Of a DNA stretch of 64,000 nucleotides, positions 59,846-64,000 are shown piece after piece (the stretch's first letter is position 1; each line of letters begins with the position of its first letter). The notes beneath the pieces were generated by a model. It ran no database searches and was not told the origin of the DNA. It saw only the letters and a program-made list of their open reading frames with translations. The translations under genes were made by a program, and so were the position numbers. This stretch comes from Deltaproteobacteria bacterium (GTDB taxonomy: Bacteria > Desulfobacterota > B13-G15 > RBG-16-54-18): NCBI GenBank assembly GCA_016927065.1, contig JAFGNJ010000020.1:10923-74922 (forward strand). Direction: 5' to 3'.

Positions 59846-61153
59846 ATGTGGCGAAAATATTCAAGAAAAAATTATCTATTCTCCCACAACAAAACATCAT
59901 TGCCTATCCAAAACCAGCTGTGTGACCCTCTCTTTTTTTACAAGTCAAGCTTTTTGAGATATTTGAAAAAAATAAGTATCCTTTTTGTCCTCGTCTCCGC
60001 CCTTTTCGGTTGTGGCATCAGGACGCAGATCCCCCCTCCGGAAGTTCCACAAGAACCTCGCCCTTTCAATCAACTAACCATTGCTGCCATCGGCGACATC
60101 ATGGTCCATGGCGCGCAATTAACGTCGGCATGGGATGTTGAAAACGATACCTACGATTTTGAGCCTGTCTTCTCCACGGCTAAAGACTTTCTCTCTGCCG
60201 CCGACTTGACCATCGGCAATTTAGAGACAACGCTACCCGGCAGGAAAAAGCTGTACGCCGGGTATCCACGATTCGGCACACCCGATGCCCTTGTTACAGC
60301 CATACACGGAGCTGGTATAGATATACTCACGACGGCCAACAATCACTCGTGCGATACGGGCAAACGAGGCGTGGTCCAAACAATCAAGGTCTTGGACGAG
60401 TACAACATCCTGCACGTTGGGACCTATCGTAACAAATCAGAATATGAAGCCAACCGTATTCTGATGGTCGAACGCAACTACATCAGGCTTGCCTTGCTCA
60501 GTTACACGTACGGCCTCAATGACATGCCTATTCCTAAGGGAACGCATGTAAACCTTATTGATAAACAGCAGATGACGGAAGACATTGCCCTGGCAAGGGA
60601 ACAATTCCCGGACTTCATCATCGTTCTCATCCACTATGGGAAGGAATATGAGCGCTACCCCGATCAGTTTCAGAAGGAGATAGTCGCTTTCCTCTTTAAT
60701 GAAGGGGTTGATATTGTCTTGGGGAGTCACCCTCATGTTGTGCAGCCTTTTGTCCTCAGACAGGTCACCGACAAATACGGCGATACAAAACCCCGCCTCG
60801 TGATATACTCATTGGGGAATTTCGTATCCAATCAAAGAGATCGCTACCGTGATGGGGGTATTATCTTTAAATTCATCCTACAAAAAAATTACACGACCAA
60901 TAAAAGCATAACACGGAATATCACCAACATACACTACATCCCCACGTGGGTCTATGTCCACCGTACAGCAGATAAAAATCAATTTTACATCTTACCGATC
61001 CCGAAATATCTCAAAAACGACCAGCCGTTACACCTGCCGGAAGACGCTTATCAAAAAATGTTGACCTTTTACAAGGATACACAATTACATCTGCTATCAA
61101 GCCCAATCCAAATAAAACAAGAGATGAAGATCCCACTGCCTAAGGAGGAATAA
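59846..61153 (+). CDS. CapA/PgsA-family metallophosphoesterase-like lipoprotein (poly-gamma-glutamate synthesis CapA-like)
   Basis: CapA motifs (AAIGDIMVHG, IGNLETTL, ILTTANNHSCDTG) and an N-terminal lipoprotein-like signal. Confidence 0.7.
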   Translation: MWRKYSRKNYLFSHNKTSLPIQNQLCDPLFFYKSSFLRYLKKISILFVLVSALFGCGIRTQIPPPEVPQEPRPFNQLTIAAIGDIMVHGAQLTSAWDVENDTYDFEPVFSTAKDFLSAADLTIGNLETTLPGRKKLYAGYPRFGTPDALVTAIHGAGIDILTTANNHSCDTGKRGVVQTIKVLDEYNILHVGTYRNKSEYEANRILMVERNYIRLALLSYTYGLNDMPIPKGTHVNLIDKQQMTEDIALAREQFPDFIIVLIHYGKEYERYPDQFQKEIVAFLFNEGVDIVLGSHPHVVQPFVLRQVTDKYGDTKPRLVIYSLGNFVSNQRDRYRDGGIIFKFILQKNYTTNKSITRNITNIHYIPTWVYVHRTADKNQFYILPIPKYLKNDQPLHLPEDAYQKMLTFYKDTQLHLLSSPIQIKQEMKIPLPKEE

Positions 61154-61174
61154 GAGGTAGGGGTTGCACGTGAG

Positions 61175-61603
61175 ATGGGAAAGGAACTCTGGTACAAAGA
61201 CGGCCTTTGTTTTGAGTGCCTGCAATGTGGAAGCTGCTGTAGCGGATTCTCCGGTACGGTGCGAGTCAGCGATGTAGAGATTAGTGCGCTCGCTCACCGT
61301 CTTGGTCTCCCGGAGGCCGATTTTCGCAAACATTATACGCGCGTTGTGGGTGGCGGGGTGATCAGTCTCATCGAAAAGCCGAACAAGGACTGTATCTTTT
61401 TTGAAAGAGAGCGGGGGTGCACGGTGTACGAAGACCGCCCCCGACAGTGCCGGACCTGGCCGTTCTGGCGTTCAAACGTCTATTCACCCCATGCGTGGAA
61501 ACGGGGGGCCAAAAGGTGCCCCGGTATGAATAGTGGCCATCTCCACCCCGCCGACCTCATTAAGGAGATGAGTGAAGACGATGGAAGTTTGGGCGCCGGT
61601 TAG
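61175..61603 (+). CDS. YkgJ-family CxxCxxCC cysteine-cluster protein (UPF0153)
   Basis: CFECLQCGSCCSGF plus downstream Cys residues. Confidence 0.65.
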   Translation: MGKELWYKDGLCFECLQCGSCCSGFSGTVRVSDVEISALAHRLGLPEADFRKHYTRVVGGGVISLIEKPNKDCIFFERERGCTVYEDRPRQCRTWPFWRSNVYSPHAWKRGAKRCPGMNSGHLHPADLIKEMSEDDGSLGAG

Positions 61604-61950
61604 GTGCTGATATAACTTGAAGCAAGTACCCTTTTATTGCCCGGATGGAGGTACCGTGTAAAGACTCATGTGCAAGGTCACCTTCTTAACAAAAACAAAT
61701 AGATACCTCGACAAAATTAAACACTTAGTCGTTGTAATAGGCTGCATAACCTCCTTTTCCCAAAACCCACCTCTCAACACCCCTCCTGATGACCGGAGAG
61801 CATATTATTCTCCGGTTCTCTTTTGTGAGCTTTGGTATTATATTTGTAACAATCTTGGTTTTTGTTACGGTATGTGGTATCAGTTCAAACAGGGGTGCCA
61901 TGCACAATTGTCAAGACGGATTCTAGGGTTACCAACGAGGAGGATATATT

Positions 61951-62499
61951 ATGTTTCTTGATCTCATAAAAAAGAGAAGGAGTATCAGAAAGTTCTTGGA
62001 CAAGCCGATCGAGGCTGAGCAGATCGACCTCCTGCTTGAAGCGGCACTCCGTGCCCCGTCGTCCAGGGGATTGAACCCCTGGGAGTTTATCATGGTGACG
62101 GACCGGGATTTGTTGGGAAAGCTTTCGCTGGCAAAACAGCACGGGGCTACTTTCCTCAAGGATGCCCCTCTGGGTATCGTTGTGTGCGCAGACCCTCAAA
62201 CGTGCGATGTGTGGGTTGAGGACGCCTCTATCGCCTCCATTTTTATCCACCTGGCAGCCGAATCTCTGGGATTGGGGAGTTGCTGGATACAGATACGCGA
62301 GCGGATGCACAATACAAAGAAGAGCTCCCAGGAGTATATTGCTGAGCTCCTTAACATACCGGCAAAAAAGCAAGTGGAGTCGATCATCGCCATCGGACAT
62401 CCCGATGAGAAACTGCCCCCGCATGAGCAAGAAGAACTATTATATGAAAAGGTACATAAAGATACCTACGGCAGGCCCTATTACAAAGTAAGGGTATAA
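61951..62499 (+). CDS. Nitroreductase-family protein
   Basis: An N-terminal RRSIRKF motif and a nitroreductase fold. Confidence 0.75.
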   Translation: MFLDLIKKRRSIRKFLDKPIEAEQIDLLLEAALRAPSSRGLNPWEFIMVTDRDLLGKLSLAKQHGATFLKDAPLGIVVCADPQTCDVWVEDASIASIFIHLAAESLGLGSCWIQIRERMHNTKKSSQEYIAELLNIPAKKQVESIIAIGHPDEKLPPHEQEELLYEKVHKDTYGRPYYKVRV

Positions 62500-62587
62500 C
62501 CTCTTCATTCCCTCACATGATGAGATCAGTACATAATAAAACAGGGCATCGTCCAACAGTTGCCGGACAATGCCCTGTGCAATGGCA

Positions 62588-63076
62588 CTACTGAACCTCT
62601 ACGTCGGTTTCTCTCTTCTCTGAGGTCTTTTGTTCCTTGACCTCAATCTTCTTTGTCTTTACCTCAGTCTTTGGGAGGGCGACTTTCAAGACGCCATCCT
62701 TGTAGTTCGCTTTAATCTTATCCGACGTTACATGCTCGGGAAAGCGGAAGCCTCGATGGAATGATCCGTACTCTCGTTCAATCCGGTGGTAGCGCTCACC
62801 CTTCTCTTCCTCTTCCTTCTTTTTTTCGCCCGTTATGCTCAAGACGCCATCTGTAAGGGTTACCTTGAGGTCTTTCGCCTCAATGCCGGGTATCTCACCG
62901 GTGATGGTATATTCCTTTTCCGTTTCAGCGATATCAAATGCCGGCACCAACTCCCCTTCTCTGCCGAAGAGCGCAGGAAGTTCTAGATCACCGAAAAACC
63001 GATCCAATACAGCAAACTCAGGTACCACAGAGAGAAACCTTCCTTGTCTGGGTATTAATCTTAATAGCCTTGTCAT
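62588..63076 (-). CDS. Hsp20/alpha-crystallin-family small heat-shock protein
   Basis: An alpha-crystallin domain (PAFDIAETEKEYTI...GVLKVALPK). The start was chosen at MTRLLRL. Confidence 0.85.
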   Translation of the reverse strand: MTRLLRLIPRQGRFLSVVPEFAVLDRFFGDLELPALFGREGELVPAFDIAETEKEYTITGEIPGIEAKDLKVTLTDGVLSITGEKKKEEEEKGERYHRIEREYGSFHRGFRFPEHVTSDKIKANYKDGVLKVALPKTEVKTKKIEVKEQKTSEKRETDVEVQ

Positions 63077-63322
63077 CGCTCTCACCTCCTTTTGTTCTAA
63101 AGAGAATTTAATCACTTTAAGTCGTGTTTCAACCTCGGTTTTTCTGTGTGGTTTTTAACGGGAGCGATGAGGACAAGCGATTTTGTGGGTAAAGTTTTTA
63201 TACTCCACTTTATTCCTCTCCCCTTGTCGAAGATCTGGCCGATGGGCCACCTTCGGCCTCCATCTTTTTGGTGGGAGGGGAGGATAGCTAGGATTTTTCC
63301 CGCCCTTGGCGGGGTAGTTTAC

Positions 63323-64000
63323 CTACGAGGCAGCCTGAAAGGCGCCGTGGAGGGCGGCGAGAGTCTTCTCAATATCTTCATCTGTGTGGGCCAAGGAGAG
63401 AAAGCCCGCTTCAAACTGGGAAGGGGCGACATAGATCCCCCCTTTGAGGAGGGCCCAGAAGTAGCGTCGGAAGGCATCAATATCGCTCTGTTTGGCTGAA
63501 TCGTAGTCGACCACCGGCCCTGGGGTGAAAAAGGTGCAGAACATGGAGCCCACACGGGTGCAGTATGTCGAGGTTTTTGAGGAATGGGCGACTTTCTCTG
63601 CCTCGGTGCAGAGGTACGCTGCCTTCTCTTCCAAGTGTTCATATACCCCCGCCTCTTTCAGGAGCTTCAGGGTCTCGATGCCGGCGGTCATGGCCAGGGG
63701 GTTTCCCGCCAGGGTCCCGGCCTGATAGACACCCCCTGCGGGGGCCAAGTTCTCCATGATCTCCCGTCTGCCGCCGAAGGCCCCTACCGGCAGCCCCCCG
63801 CCGATGATCTTGCCGAGGCAAGTGAGATCGGGTGTCACTCCATACAAACCCTGCGCGCCAGACCACCCCACCCGGAAACCGGTGATCACTTCATCGAAGA
63901 TCAAACAGATACCTTCCTGATCGCACACCTTCCTCAAACCTTCGAGAAACCCCTCCTGCGGTGTGATCACCCCCATATTCCCGGCGACGGGCTCTACGAC
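63323..64000 (-). CDS. hemL: Glutamate-1-semialdehyde 2,1-aminomutase, C-terminal part. The N-terminus lies beyond the window end.
   Basis: A class-III aminotransferase pattern ([12 protein letters not shown], the conserved lysine region [17 protein letters not shown]). Confidence 0.85.
   Translation of the reverse strand, partial: VVEPVAGNMGVITPQEGFLEGLRKVCDQEGICLIFDEVITGFRVGWSGAQGLYGVTPDLTCLGKIIGGGLPVGAFGGRREIMENLAPAGGVYQAGTLAGNPLAMTAGIETLKLLKEAGVYEHLEEKAAYLCTEAEKVAHSSKTSTYCTRVGSMFCTFFTPGPVVDYDSAKQSDIDAFRRYFWALLKGGIYVAPSQFEAGFLSLAHTDEDIEKTLAALHGAFQAAS

Noticed and set aside
63297-63316. CCCGCC-ctt-GGCGGG hairpin just past the hemL stop
   Set aside because: On the hemL (minus) strand it is followed by an A-run rather than a U-run, so it is not a canonical intrinsic terminator. 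I noted it but did not call it.
1-64000. Searched by eye for CRISPR arrays, tRNA/rRNA genes, and transposase or integrase genes
   Set aside because: I found no regularly spaced direct repeats, no cloverleaf-like conserved tRNA stretches in the intergenic regions, and no DDE or tyrosine-recombinase-like ORFs. The low-GC islands lack recognisable mobility genes.

Overview
This is a gene-dense, roughly 58% GC fragment from what looks like an anaerobic, possibly sulfate-reducer-like bacterium. No rRNA, tRNA, CRISPR array or transposase was recognised.

Gene content, in order:
- 1-5 kb: an oxygen and reactive-oxygen defence cluster made of a 5'-truncated catalase, a flavin reductase, rubredoxin, a flavodiiron O2 reductase (ROO/FprA), a small glutaredoxin-like gene interrupted by an in-frame TGA (candidate selenoprotein), a thioredoxin-reductase-like flavoprotein and desulfoferrodoxin.
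- 5-11.8 kb: 2-oxoacid:ferredoxin oxidoreductase alpha and beta subunits, a YyaL-type thioredoxin-domain protein, a SagB-type dehydrogenase, a secreted TlpA-like CxxC protein and a peroxiredoxin.
- 11.8-13.9 kb: low-GC island 1, with two hypothetical minus-strand genes.
- 13.9-26.4 kb: a giant 3080-aa cyclic beta-1,2-glucan synthase-like gene (GT84 plus GH94 domains) with an upstream ferredoxin and divergent GT28-like and GT21-like glycosyltransferases.
- 26.6-36.6 kb: an M50/CBS site-2 protease, a permease, sufC, sufBD, a DUF166 protein, a flavoprotein-ArsC fusion, an orphan histidine kinase and a PurS-PurL fusion.
- 36.6-38.1 kb: low-GC island 2, an MqsR/MqsA-like toxin-antitoxin pair whose antitoxin carries an extra Panacea-like C-terminal domain.
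- 38.1-45.8 kb: a DEAD-box helicase, low-GC island 3 (about 39.65-41.7 kb), then MsrAB, YhhQ, a half-size UPF0016 protein and an MglA-like GTPase with two Roadblock/LC7 proteins.
- 46.2-56.6 kb: an acyl-CoA ligase, tandem SDR paralogues, a thiolase, a TRAP transporter, a PaaK-like ligase and an IclR regulator.
- 56.9-64 kb: a DMT transporter, a metallophosphoesterase/tetraheme cytochrome c fusion with a second in-frame TGA (candidate novel selenoprotein), a CapA-like protein, a YkgJ protein, a nitroreductase, Hsp20 and a 3' partial HemL.

The most interesting signals are the two in-frame UGA codons in otherwise conserved reading frames, and the low-GC accessory islands (the MqsRA-like TA pair and the uncharacterised two-gene island next to the glucan synthase).

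All coordinates were counted by hand from the numbered sequence and could be off by a few bases.
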